In this document: piece by piece, positions 1-59,156 of the stretch
How positions within the stretch are numbered: position 1 is the stretch's first letter
Layout of the letters: each line of letters opens with the position of its first letter
The notes under the pieces: model-generated
The model's input: only the letters and a program-made list of their open reading frames with translations
What the model was told of the DNA's origin: nothing
The model's database searches: none
NCBI GenBank assembly: GCA_038087875.1
Contig: JAXLNO010000213.1
Location: forward strand, 62,001 to 126,000
DNA: 64,000 nucleotides
DNA from: Malacoraja senta
Lineage: Eukaryota
Direction of reading: 5' to 3'
Program-made: the position numbers and the translations under genes

Positions 1-68
1 ACTTACTGACTTACTTACTGACTTACTTACTGACTTACTTACTGACTTACTTACTGACTTACTTACTG

Positions 69-159
<91 letters not shown>

Positions 160-1517
160 TACTTACTTACTTACTTACTTACTTACTGACTTACTTACTG
201 ACTTACTTACTGACTTACTTACTGACTTACTTACTGACTTACTTACTGACTTACTTACTGACTTACTTACTGACTAACTTACTGACTTACTTACTGACTT
301 ACTTACTGACTGACTTACTGACTGACTTACTGACTGACTTACTGACTGACTTACTGACTGACTTACTGACGGACTTACTGACGGACTTACTGACGGACTT
401 ACTGACGGACTTACTGACGGACTTACTGACGGACTTACTGACGGACTTACTGACGGACTTACTGACGGACTTACTGACTGACTTACTTACTGACTTACTT
501 ACTGACTTACTTACTGACTTACTTACTGACTTACTTACTGACTTACTGACTGACTTACTGACTGACTTACTGACTTACTTACTGACTTACTTACTGACTT
601 ACTACTGACTTACTTACTGACTTACTTACTGACTTACTTACTGACTTACTTACTGACTTACTTACTGACTTACTTGACTGACTTACTGACTGACTTACTG
701 ACTGACTTACTGACTGACTTACTGACTGACTTACTGACTGACTTACTGGACTGACTTACTGACTGACTTACTGACTTACTTACTGACTTACTTACTGACT
801 TACTTACTGACTTACTTACTGACTTACTTACTGACTTACTTACTGACTTACTTACTGACTTACTTACTGACTTACTTACTGACTTACTTACTGACTTACT
901 TACTGACTTACTTACTGACTTACTTACTGACATACGGACTTACTTACGGACTTACTTACGGACTTACTTACTGACTTACTTACGGACTTACTCTTACTGA
1001 CTTACTTACGGACTTACTTACGGACTTACTTACGGACTTACTTACGGACTTACTTACGGACTTACTTACGGACTTACTTACGGACTTACTTACTGACTTA
1101 CTTACTGACTTACTTACTGATTACTTACTGACTTACTTACTGACTTACTTACTGACTTACTTACGGACTTACTTACTGTTACTTACTGACTTACTTACTG
1201 ACTTACTTACTGACTTACTTACTGACTTACTTACTGACTTACTTACTGACTTACTTACTGACTTACTTACTGACTTACTTTACTGACTTACTTACTGACT
1301 TACTTACTGACTTACTTACTGACTTACTTACTGACTTACTTACTGACTTACTTACTTACTTACATTACTTACTTACTTACTTACTTACTCTTACTTACCT
1401 ACTTACTTACTGACTTACTTACTGACTTACTTACTGACTTACTTACTGACTTACTTACTGACTTACTTACTGACTTACTTACTGACTTTACTGACTTACT
1501 TACTGACTTACTTACTG

Positions 1518-1548
<31 letters not shown>

Positions 1549-1668
1549 ACTTACTACTTACTTACTTACTACTTACTTACTTACTGACTTACTTACTGAC
1601 TTACTTACTGACTTACTTACTGACTTACTTACTGACTTACTTACTACTTACTACTGACTTACTTACTG

Positions 1669-1707
<39 letters not shown>

Positions 1708-1834
1708 ACTTACTTACTTACTACTACTTACTTACTTACTTACTTACTGACTACTACTACTTACTTACCTACTTACTACGACTTACTTACCTGACTTACT
1801 TACTGACTTACTTACTACTTATCTACTTACTTAC

Positions 1835-1898
<64 letters not shown>

Positions 1899-1950
1899 AC
1901 TTACTTTACTACTTACTTACTTATTACTTACTTACTTACTTACTTACTTA
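1..1950. repeat. (ACTT)n array with ACTG/ACGG variants in 12-bp periods; reverse complement of the large array family
   Basis: Directly visible ACTT, ACTTACTTACTG, ACTTACTGACGG and ACTTACTTACGG blocks; indels accumulate toward the gap. Confidence 0.98.
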
Positions 1951-2150
1951 NNNNNNNNNNNNNNNNNNNNNNNNNNNNNNNNNNNNNNNNNNNNNNNNNN
2001 NNNNNNNNNNNNNNNNNNNNNNNNNNNNNNNNNNNNNNNNNNNNNNNNNNNNNNNNNNNNNNNNNNNNNNNNNNNNNNNNNNNNNNNNNNNNNNNNNNNN
2101 NNNNNNNNNNNNNNNNNNNNNNNNNNNNNNNNNNNNNNNNNNNNNNNNNN
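1951..2150. other. Assembly gap (200 N)
   Basis: Run of N. Confidence 1.
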
Positions 2151-2649
2151 AGGAGGATTATTTGATACAAAAATTCAATAAACGTATCATATGAGGACCA
2201 GAGGCCAATAACAGAGCCTAAAGGACCAGATTTGGCACAATATATAAAAGTTGTGATTCCAAAACTATCAGGGGAACCATTCGGAGATGAATTAGCAATG
2301 TCAATAAATTACTTGCTCTCCCAGCAGCTCCAGGTTCTGACCATGTATGAGCTGTCTATTTATATGAAATCCGCAGTATTGAGCATTGTAAGCAGTCTCA
2401 GCGAGGGAGAGGGTGTTGAAATTGCTGGTCAGGTATTACGGCTTTTTGGCCAGAAGTTAGATGGAGAGCATGTGTCTATATCACAACAAGGTTGAATTAG
2501 CACTCATGTGTAGTGCGCACTTTGAATGAATTGTATTTATAAAAGTGCTATAAGACCTAATAAGACGTAAATTGGGGGGGCTCTGTACACCATCTAATAT
2601 TTAATTGCCTAAAAATCTGTTTTGAAAAGAATCTAGCCAAAAAAGGAAT

Positions 2650-2748
2650 GATCCTATGTGATTGGCAGATCAAATCGAAGGCAGTTTTCCCTACCATTGT
2701 GTGGGATCCCATGTGATTGGCAGATCAAATCGAAGGCAGTTTTCCCTA
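2650..2748 (+). repeat. 44-bp direct repeat (period 55) within the DIRS remnant
   Basis: GATCCYATGTGATTGGCAGATCAAATCGAAGGCAGTTTTCCCTA at 2650 and 2705. Confidence 0.95.
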
Positions 2749-3099
2749 TCAAATCGGCCTTTCCCATATTTGCGTTGTTGGCGCACTCCTCCTGAGGTAT
2801 GTGGAGGTTACAATATTCCACTAAGATCAGGGGATAGCAATTGCCATAGGCAAACCCTGAGGTAGGGGGTCTGGTTCTGTAAGAGACATATTAATGTGTT
2901 ACACTTACAAGTTGGGAAAGATTACAATTCTTGCTAAATCATGGCAATTTGATGTATTTATGCTGTATGGTATTGTGGCGTTTAGAATTGAATTCTACCC
3001 ATATTTGGTTTCTCCTACTAAGGTATTTGAAACCGGACACATATTTTCTCAAAATAAGAGAATATGTAGATTCAGACAGAACATGAAATATTGTGAAAA

Positions 3100-3680
3100 G
3101 GGTTGATTAAGAAGTCAGTTCACCATCACCATCAATTTATGCCAAGTGTGTTATGAGAGCAAATAAGGATGGTGGGTGTAGAATTATTCTAGATCTGACA
3201 AGTTTAACCCTTTTTTGCACAGTATAATAAACAGTTTTGGAACATTTGCCAATACTATGCAGCCAATTTCAAGAAAATGCTATATGGCTAAACATAGATC
3301 TTAAAATGCATTTTACTGTGTGGCTGTATATGGTATATATAATCATAGATATTTTAAATTTAACTGGATGAGTCAATTATGGCAAGTTAAAGCATTGTAT
3401 TAAGGTTTAGCCTCAGCTCTGAGACTATTTGCCAGGTGTTGGAACCAATCCTAGCATTACTAAGAATTCAGGCCAGTTGGTATTGGCCTATTTTGATATA
3501 TTCTGATTGAAGGATGCAACAGAACCATGAGTGTCAAGAATCAAGCTCACTTTGGAAATTTATTACCATCCAGATAAATCTAAACAATTACCAAACACAG
3601 TTATTGCTTATTTGGGTTCCATTATTAAATGAGATCACGTGTTTGTGATTCCGCCCAAGGATAAAGGCTGCATTTAATTG
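3100..3680 (+). pseudogene. DIRS reverse transcriptase remnant
   Basis: Manual translation: RANKDGGCRIILDLTSL (~3156), IDLK (~3293), GLASALRLFA (~3404), eroded YLDD-ILI region (~3487), HPDKS...VIAYLG (~3567-3617). Confidence 0.85.
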
Positions 3681-3939
3681 GAAGTTGTATTAAGCTCAAT
3701 TACAGAGCACCAACCCTCAATTAGGCAGGTAGCAAGCCTGCTTATAAACTATTGCTTATTTTCAGCTGTACAATTTATACCGCTGCATTATCAGCATTTG
3801 CAGTAAGCATGGGTGGAGGCATGGAGAATACATTTAGGGCATTTTGCAGGCCCATGTATTTGCCAGTTGAAGTTATTACTGGAATACTATGATGGATCAT
3901 GAGTGTCTCAAATGCCTCCAGAGAGATCCTGGTTGAAAC

Positions 3940-4330
3940 ACTTTCCATAATGCAACAGACTAATTTTTAGTGCTCTAGGTTGGGGTCATACTTATAAGTA
4001 TTTCCAGCTGTGGAGTAGATGGAATGTGGAGAAAGTACCTTTGATCCAATAACAAGCAACCATTAATGAGAGGTTTAGGAACAATTAATGGCCTAAAGCT
4101 TATTGCACTAATATGCAAAGTGTGCATGTTTAGGTATAGATTGACACTACGGATTAGAAACGTATGTTAATCATTGAGTGGTGTGAAGTCAGAATCTTGT
4201 GATAGACTGGCTAACGTGATTTGGACCTGGTGTTTTTACCAGAAATATTTGGTTTGGCAATCTACCTACCAGGTAGATTCAAAATAGTTGCAGACTCAAG
4301 GTCATGTAAATTCAATGATAATACAGAATG
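3940..4330 (+). pseudogene. DIRS RNase H remnant
   Basis: SALGWG (~3969), GVKSESCDRLANVIWTWC (~4180-4233), AIYLPGRFKIVADSRS (ORF 4221-4448), matching the DIRS RNase H HLPG..N..AD..SR pattern. Confidence 0.8.
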
Positions 4331-4666
4331 GACGTTGGATCGTGACAAATTTAATAATATTGTTGCACGGTTGGTGACTTGTATGCATCCAGACTTGACC
4401 ACCAATTACCTAAATATGTGTCATGGGAACCTGATCCTGGGGCAGTAGCGATGGATGTTTCTCGCTGCATTGGGGTAGAATGTTTTTGTATACATTTTCT
4501 CCATTTTACCTCATTTAGTATATACAGAAGATCAAACAGGACTCCGCTTCGGGAGTATTGGTGGTACCAGATTGGACCTATAAAACCATGGTACCCTCTG
4601 GTGTTAAATATGATCACAAAGCCTATGATTTTCCCAAACAGAATTAACCTGTTGTGCACTCTATAA
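4330..4666 (+). pseudogene. DIRS C-terminal methyltransferase-like domain remnant
   Basis: YASRLDHQLPKYVSWEPDPGAVAMD resembles the DLFASRLN.QLP.YVSW.PDP.A.A.DAF motif that follows RNase H in DIRS1 pol. Confidence 0.75.
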
Positions 4667-4739
4667 CTGATAATTCACATCCTTTACATAATCGTATTGG
4701 TTTGTTAATTTGCAGATTCTAAGGTGTGCCATATATCGG

Positions 4740-5660
4740 AAGAGGACTATCAGATCGTACTGTGGATATTATTGCAACCTAGAGGGATAGTACCCAGAAG
4801 CAGTACACTTCTTACATAAGGAAATGGGATATGTTTTGCTTCAGGCACAATATTACATATCACACCACAGACATCTCAGGCGTGTTAGAGTTACTGACAA
4901 CTCTTTATTTTTTATTGGACAGTTAAGCTATAGTGCTATGAATTCTGCAAGGAGTGCCTTTTCTGCGTATCTATGGAGGAATCAGAATAAAATCTTGTAG
5001 GGTTACACACTTCTGTCTGTAGGTGTATGAAGGGAATTTTCAATTCTTAGCCACCTAGACACATGATATACAGAAATCTGGAATGTAAGAGATGTGTTAT
5101 GCTTGTTCGTTAATGGACTCCTATTGCAGTGCTGTCCTTGGCCTAAATTACCATTAAGGTAGTCATGCTCAGGGCACTGGTTTCAGCACAGAGAGTGCAA
5201 ACATTGCAGAAACTACGAATAGACATGATGGAAATAGCAAAAGATACTTTTATGTTCTATGTCTATGATTTGATTAAACAGAGCAGACCTGGAATCACAG
5301 GATGTAAGTTGGGGTTTTCAGCATATCCTACTGATCCACGTCTATGTGTAGTATCACATTTACAATGTTAGATTGGAGCCACCAGAACCTTACGAGGTGC
5401 AGTATCAGCATTTTTAGTAGCCATAAATAGCTGCATAAGAAAATGTCGGTTCAGACTATTTAAAAATGGCGGAAGCAGGTGTTGCTTGATGCAAGTATTG
5501 ATACTGACGAATTTGAATTTCATTCCAACCAGGGCACCATCAACATTGGCGGCCAATGAATTGGACGTTCCAATAGAACATATCCTCGCGGCCCTAGGCC
5601 AAAGTGAAAGAATGTTTCACAAGTATTACCATAAGGAGATTATAGCACCTGTGGTTATTT
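4740..5660 (+). pseudogene. DIRS tyrosine recombinase remnant
   Basis: RDSTQKQYTSYIRKW..FC, LSYSAMNSARSAFS, MKGIFN, MLRALVSAQRVQTLQKL, TRAPST...VPIEHILAA...MFHKYYHKEI. Confidence 0.85.
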
Positions 5661-5736
5661 GGTGGAGCTATTTTGGATTTAGTATTAAGTATTCGTCTTG
5701 TGATAAAGGGGTTACTGTTGTGGTGATAAATTAACT

Positions 5737-6424
5737 TTTTTGTCGTATTCCTCTTCTCTGCTTCCGTCTGCGTTGAGGCCTAATGGAGCTGATGACCTCG
5801 AGCCTCCGGAGGCAGAACCCGTCAGGACTCGCCCTGAGCTCGCTCCCGTGAGGGTGGTCCGGCTCAGGGCTGGAACAGTGCTCCCGTGATAGGTTGTGGC
5901 GCTCTCGTGAGGGCGGCCAGCCCAAGGGTGGAACGAGGCTCCCGTTGGAGCGGCCGAGCTCGGGGAGGTGCGGCGCTCGCAGCCCGAGGGAGGTTCGGCG
6001 CCCATGTCGGGGCGGCCCGGCCGGAGGGGGAAGCGACGCCCAAGTCGGGGCGGCCCGGTCGGGGGGAGAGGCGATGCCCAAGTCGGGGCAGCCCGGCCAG
6101 AGGGAGAAGCGACGCCCAGGTCGGGGCGGCCCGGCCCGGGGAAGAAGCGACGCCCATGTCGGGGCGGCCCGGCTCGGGGGAGGTTCGGCGCCCATGTCGG
6201 GGCGGCCCAGCCCGAGGCTGAAGACGGCACGGTACTCACGTGAGGTGGCTGGGACGGTGTTCTGGCGGTGGTGGCCTGTCCGGGGTTCGGCCGCGGGCCA
6301 GCGGCTACGTCTGCAGGACTGGTGGGCGGCAGCTTCGACCACCCCGGGCCGCGGTGTTTGAGCCGCGGGACTGTTATAACATCGCCCGGGGGGTATCGCC
6401 TCAGTGCAGAGGGAGAAGAGGAGG
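5737..6424. other. Very GC/CpG-rich segment, probably TE-derived (UTR-like); family not identified
   Basis: Abrupt composition shift from AT-rich flanks; dense CpG; contains the 38-bp tandem repeat. Confidence 0.5.
5996..6215. repeat. 38-bp GC-rich minisatellite, 6 copies
   Basis: Units resembling CGACGCCCATGTCGGGGCGGCCCGGC...GGGG.AG start at 5996, 6034, 6072, 6110, 6148 and 6186. Confidence 0.95.
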
Positions 6425-6756
6425 GAAGCTGTTGGGACAGAAGAAGCTGTTGGGACAGAAGACGTGTTTACACTGAGCGGCGGACTGGCTTGCGATGCGA
6501 ATAGGGCTGTTGAGCCAAAACCAAAAAGGCCTAAGGCAGGCAACGCCATTGTAGTGGGAGACTCGATTGTGAGAGGTACGGACAGGGGTTTCTGTGGCAA
6601 CAGACGGGATGCGAGGATGGTGTGCTGCCTTCCTGGTGCCAGGATCCAGGATGTCACGGACAGAGTGCAGAAAATCCTCGAGGGCGAAGGTGAACAATCC
6701 GGAAGTGGTAGTGCATGTCGACACAAACGATGTCGGAAAGAAGGGGATGAATATTC
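6425..6756 (+). pseudogene. CR1-type LINE ORF1 SGNH/GDSL esterase-domain fragment
   Basis: AIVVGDSIVRGTDRGFCG...MVCCLPGARIQDV, then after a frameshift PEVVVHVDTNDVGKK (GDS and GxND blocks typical of CR1/L2 ORF1 esterase); cut at 6756 by the L1 tail. Confidence 0.85.
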
Positions 6757-9450
6757 TTTTTTTTTTATTTTTTTTAATATTTTTTATTGGAGATACGTAC
6801 ACAACCTAGTTACATCATTACAGTCTTACATTTTTAAATTGATAATATTGTCAATTATTATTACATTGTCTCCAATACCTTTTGCCTTTTAAAAAAAAAA
6901 CTAAATAGAACTAAAGAGAAAGATGAAGTAAAGAAAGAAAAGAAAGAGAAGAAAAACAAAACAAAAACAAAAAAAACAAAAACAAAAACAAAAAAAACAA
7001 AAAATAAAAAATAAAAAATAAATAAAAAAATAAATAAAAAAAAACAGAGAAATTTTATTCACTGTGTCCTTTGTGTTATACCCGTGTATTTCCGGATGCC
7101 CCCTGACTCTTTCTGCAAGTGGCTCAATAGCAAGCGCAAATAATAATGGAGATAACGGGCATCCTTGTCTACAACCTCTAGATAGGCTAAATTTAGATGA
7201 CAACCTTTGGTTTGTAAATATTCTAGCCGTGGGATTTGTATATAACAGTTTTATCCATGTACAGAATTTCTCCCCTAGCTGCATATTTTCCATCACCGAA
7301 AATAATTAAGACCATTCGACCTGATCAAATGCTTTTTCAGCGTCAAGTGAGATTATTGCTAGATCTTCATTAATAATTCTCTTGGAATATATAATATTAA
7401 ATAATCTTCTTAGATTATAATATGAGTACCGTTTCTGAATAAAGCCTGTTTGGTCAGGGTGTATTAATTTATTCATCACTGTACTTAATCTATGCGCTAG
7501 TATTTTAGTTAATATTTTCTGATCTGTATTTAAAGTGCAATTGCTCTATATGATCCCGGTCTTCCGGATCTTTATCAGCTTTAGGATAAGTGTTATTATA
7601 GATTCATTTAAAGTGTCTGGAAGTTTCTGTTGAGTATAGATATACTCATACAGTCTTTGTAAACGTGGGCAAAGCAAATCATAATTTTTTTTTATAAAAT
7701 TCGGAGCCTAAACCATCTGGTCCTACTGCTTTACCATTTTTTAAAGAGCCAATAGACTCCTCAATATCTTTTATCGTAATCTCCCTTTCTAATAATTCTC
7801 TATCGTTTGAATCTAAACCTTTTAAATTACATTTTAGTAAAAAATCTGCTATTCCTTCTGATTGTACTACGGTTTTAGTTGAATAAAGGTTATGATAGTA
7901 TTGGAGAAATCTATCATTTATGTCCTTGGGCATTTTTAATAATTCTCCTGTCTCTGTTCTAATTTTATGAATTATTTTTTCCCCTTCCATTTTTCGTAAC
8001 TGACGTGCGAATAGTTTTTGTGGTTTGTCTCCAAATTCAAAATGTAATTGTTTGGTTTTTTAATAAAGTTTTATTACTTGTTCTGAATACATTTTATTTA
8101 ATTATATTTCAATACAGCAATTTTATTATGTTTTAAAATAGATGGCATTCTCGCATTTTCTATATCTAGTTGCTTGATTTCACTTTCCAATGTTTGTTGC
8201 TTAATCCTGTTCTCTTTATTATAAAATGCTTGAGCGGAAATTAATGTACCTCGACCAAACGCTTTAAACGTTTCCACATAAGAGAAGTAGGTGTGTCAGG
8301 GTTGTCATTTACCTCAAAAAATATTTGAATCTGTTTAATAATATATTCCTGGCATGATCTTTTGTTCAAAATTTGTGGGTTAAATCTCCATATGTTTGTT
8401 TCTCGGACATTCCATTTAATTTAATCATGAATGTTACAGGTGCATGATCTGAGATTATAATGTTATGGTATTTTGAATTATAAATAAATGGGATAAACGT
8501 AGAGTCACCAAAAAATAATCTATTCTTGAGTATGTTTTATGTACTGGTGAGTAAAATGAATATTCCCGTCCAGTTGGGTTTTCTATTCTCCAGACATCCT
8601 TAATATTAGTGGTATTAATAAATGAATTTAGAAATACACTTGATTGAGATTTTACTTTTTTTTGCCTTGATGATCTATCTAAGTATGAATCTAATGTACA
8701 ATTGAAGTCTCCTCCAATTATTAATTTATATTGTGTAAATTCAGGAATTTTATTAAATGTTTTATTAAAAAACATGGGGTTATCAAAGTTAGGCCCATAT
8801 ACATTAAGAAGAATCACTTTTTCTCCATTTAACTCTCCAACTAATATAATATATCTACCATCAATATCCACTGTTGTTGAAGAGTTCGTAAAGGGTATTC
8901 CTTTACGAATTAATATTGCAACTCCTCTGGACTTATGGGAAAAAGAGGAATGATATGATTCAGCGATCCACTTAGCTTTAAGTCTATGTTGAGATTCCTT
9001 TTTAAGGTGTGTTTCTTGGAGAAATATTATATCTGTTTTGATTAAGTTTAGATGTGCCAAAACTTTACCTCTCTTAATTGGTTCATTGATTCCCTTGACA
9101 TTCCAACTACAAAATGTTATTCCCTGACCCCCTCTTGTCATATTAACATCTTACATATTGTTTCTAAGGTGGTCTATAACCGAGCAGAAGGTACAACACA
9201 TAAAACCTGACCCTGCTACCGAACTTCAGATAGATGAATTTAAAATCATATACATCGCTCTTCCGAACACATCTCCTTGTATTAGACTTGTTTTTCCATT
9301 CAAACATTAAGTTATAAAAATATTTAAAGTGAAAAAAGTGATAGAATTGATTAGTAAAGGATGAAAGAAAAAGAACTACATCTACAATTAGTGTAATTAG
9401 TGATAGCCACACTAACGTGGCTAGAATTCTAAAGACTTCCGTAGCCTTTG
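6757..9450 (-). mobile_element. L1-clade LINE, 5'-truncated and internally deleted, with poly(A) tail
   Basis: Poly(T) at 6757-6786 on + with reverse-complement AATAAA at 6783-6788; T-rich 3' UTR; ORF2 remnant 7042-9141; the 5' boundary is approximate. Confidence 0.85.
7042..9141 (-). pseudogene. L1 ORF2 remnant (APE endonuclease + N-terminal half of RT), frameshifted
   Basis: SWNVKG, LQETH, GVAIL, NVYGPN, GGDFN, YSRIDYFL (EN); GKAVGPDGLGSEFYKK, DAEKAFDQVEW, RGCRQGCPLSPLLFALAIEPLA (RT); ends at NKISLF, just before the expected (Y/F)ADD. Confidence 0.95.
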
Positions 9451-9955
9451 TAAGAAAAAAAATTCCCAGCTCCGTGCCTTACAGCAGATAATACAATAAT
9501 ATTAACGTTCTGATCTTGAGAATATCACATTTTTGTATTTTCAAAGCAGTCTGGGTGTTTATTACTATTTCCGTCACAACGGTCAAATTTGTAATTAGCT
9601 ACAATTAAATAACTAACTAATTATATGCTTTAATTTCAGGTCATCCAAGTAAGATTGTTTTATATTTGTTTCGGAATGCTTCAATCTATGATAACTGAAA
9701 ATTTCATTCAGTTCCCTTAATTTTTAAGAAAGTTATGGGCTTTTGACTGTCCTCGATCACAGCTTTTGTGTTAAGTCAATGGAAAAGCATAGGGATTAGA
9801 TGCTAATTTCCGAGTATGAAAATGGCCATAAATTTTTTAATACCGAAGATATGAAAGTGAATTAGGTGCCAAATTAAAATTCTTTTAATGCTTTATCTGA
9901 TGGGATAAATTGCAGACTTGATTTTTAAAATATCAAAATAATGTAACATTGCTAC

Positions 9956-10043
9956 AAAAGGAGGCTACAGATTTTTGGTTTTTGAGTAGAGCTACCACTT
10001 GTGGGAAATGTGATTTTATGTCTGGCTGCAGCAGCTTTGAAAC
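9956..10043 (-). mobile_element. Short fragment of the same Rex1/Babar-type LINE (ORF end / 3' UTR)
   Basis: GGAGGCTACAGATTTTTGG...TTATGTCTGGCTGCAGCAGCTTTGA aligns to 59333-59410 and to the reverse complement of 63611-63692. Confidence 0.85.
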
Positions 10044-10045
10044 CC

Positions 10046-10794
10046 TGCGTGTCACCAGAAAGAGGAATCCAGGCGAAACATCTGACAATATACTTGGTGC
10101 CACACTTGAAGAAACCAAACAAACTAAGTATCATGGCATCAAATTGCAGAATGATCTGCGTTGGAATGGTCAGGCTCATCATGCAACGGTGAAAGCAACA
10201 GGTGTCCCTAAATTTTCTGAGGCGCAACTTTCATCATTGTTCAACTTCTGTCAAGGAGAAGCTATACTTCACCCTCGTTAGACCTCATTTGGGCTACGCA
10301 GTTGCAGCATGGGACCCATACACAAATAAAATCATTTCTTCCATCGAACGTGTCCAAAGACAGGCAGCTCGATTTGTTACTAACACCTATGAGAGAGAAG
10401 CGAGTGTTACCAAACTTCTGAATTCACTGCGGTGGAACCCTCGCAAGACAGACGTCAAGCTCACCGTTTGCCCTGTTTTTTTACAAAATGTTAAATGGTC
10501 AGCTCGACATAGATTACAAGACCTACACCAAACTCAAACCAATTAGGAACAGACGAGGGCATTCGATCCAATTTGAGATTCCCAGCTACCAAGACAGATG
10601 TTTACAACAATTCGTTCTTCCCCCGCACAATTAAAGCATGGAATAATCTTCAACCTACCATAGTTACCCAACCAGATACAAATTTAAGGTGGCTCTTTCT
10701 TCCCAAAAACCCTTTCTGGCTTAAGTCCTCCCTCCACCACCTCCAGTTTAAATTCCATTTGGAATATTTTGGAGGACCAAGAAACCAAGAAACC

Positions 10795-10797
<3 letters not shown>
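10046..10797 (+). mobile_element. CR1-group LINE 3' fragment (RT C-terminal region) with (CCAAGAAA)n tail
   Basis: KYHGIKLQNDLRWN, LNFLRRNF, YFTLVRPHLGYAVAAWDPY, IERVQRQAARFV, YNNSFFPRTIKAWNNL; tail CCAAGAAACCAAGAAACCAAG at ~10777-10797. Confidence 0.85.
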
Positions 10798-10891
<94 letters not shown>

Positions 10892-10937
10892 GTTGTTATT
10901 ATTATTATTATTATTATATTATTATTATTATTATTAT
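10798..10937. repeat. (TAT)n microsatellite
   Basis: Directly visible; a few TGT interruptions. Confidence 0.99.
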
Positions 10938-11170
10938 TGGCTTGATGGTAGAAAACGGATCCCACAGCCAATTTAAACGATGACAGAAGTACAAGATGAG
11001 GAGTGATACAGGAAGATAAATTAATGGAGAGTCTGATGCCATTTGGAGTGCAATTCCTTCTTATTTTCGAGTCCATCTTGCTACAATGATTGACGTCGCT
11101 GTCATGTCGGTGCCTGAACAGGACGCAAGCATCCGGCGACAATCAGTGGCAGCCACCACTTGTTGCAATA

Positions 11171-11185
11171 GATGATGGTGGTAGC
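11171..11185 (+). repeat. Left copy of a 15-bp direct repeat (candidate target-site duplication)
   Basis: GATGATGGTGGTAGC, identical to 59767-59781; lies 15 bp before the array start. Confidence 0.7.
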
Positions 11186-11200
11186 GGGTCCATGCAGCGG

Positions 11201-59153
<47,953 letters not shown>

Positions 59154-59156
<3 letters not shown>

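Larger units (their letters stand above)
2151..5720 (+). mobile_element. Degenerate DIRS1-like tyrosine-recombinase retrotransposon (gag remnant-RT-RNase H-methyltransferase-like-YR)
   Basis: Motifs occur in the DIRS domain order across many stops and frameshifts (see sub-features); boundaries approximate and terminal repeats not identified. Confidence 0.88.

Noticed and set aside
5712..6726. Pro/Arg/Gly-rich ORFs on both strands
   Set aside because: Expected from very high GC content and the 38-bp repeat; only the esterase motifs at 6540-6750 are recognisable.
6740..9530. Target-site duplication for the L1 insertion
   Set aside because: No convincing copy of the left flank (GGATGAATATTC) near the 5' end, and CR1 ORF1 does not resume afterwards.
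9470..9940. AT-rich segment possibly from a non-autonomous DNA transposon
   Set aside because: No terminal inverted repeats or coding motifs could be identified within the window.
10573..11142. Poly-Tyr and poly-Ile ORFs
   Set aside because: They are translations of the (TAT)n microsatellite.
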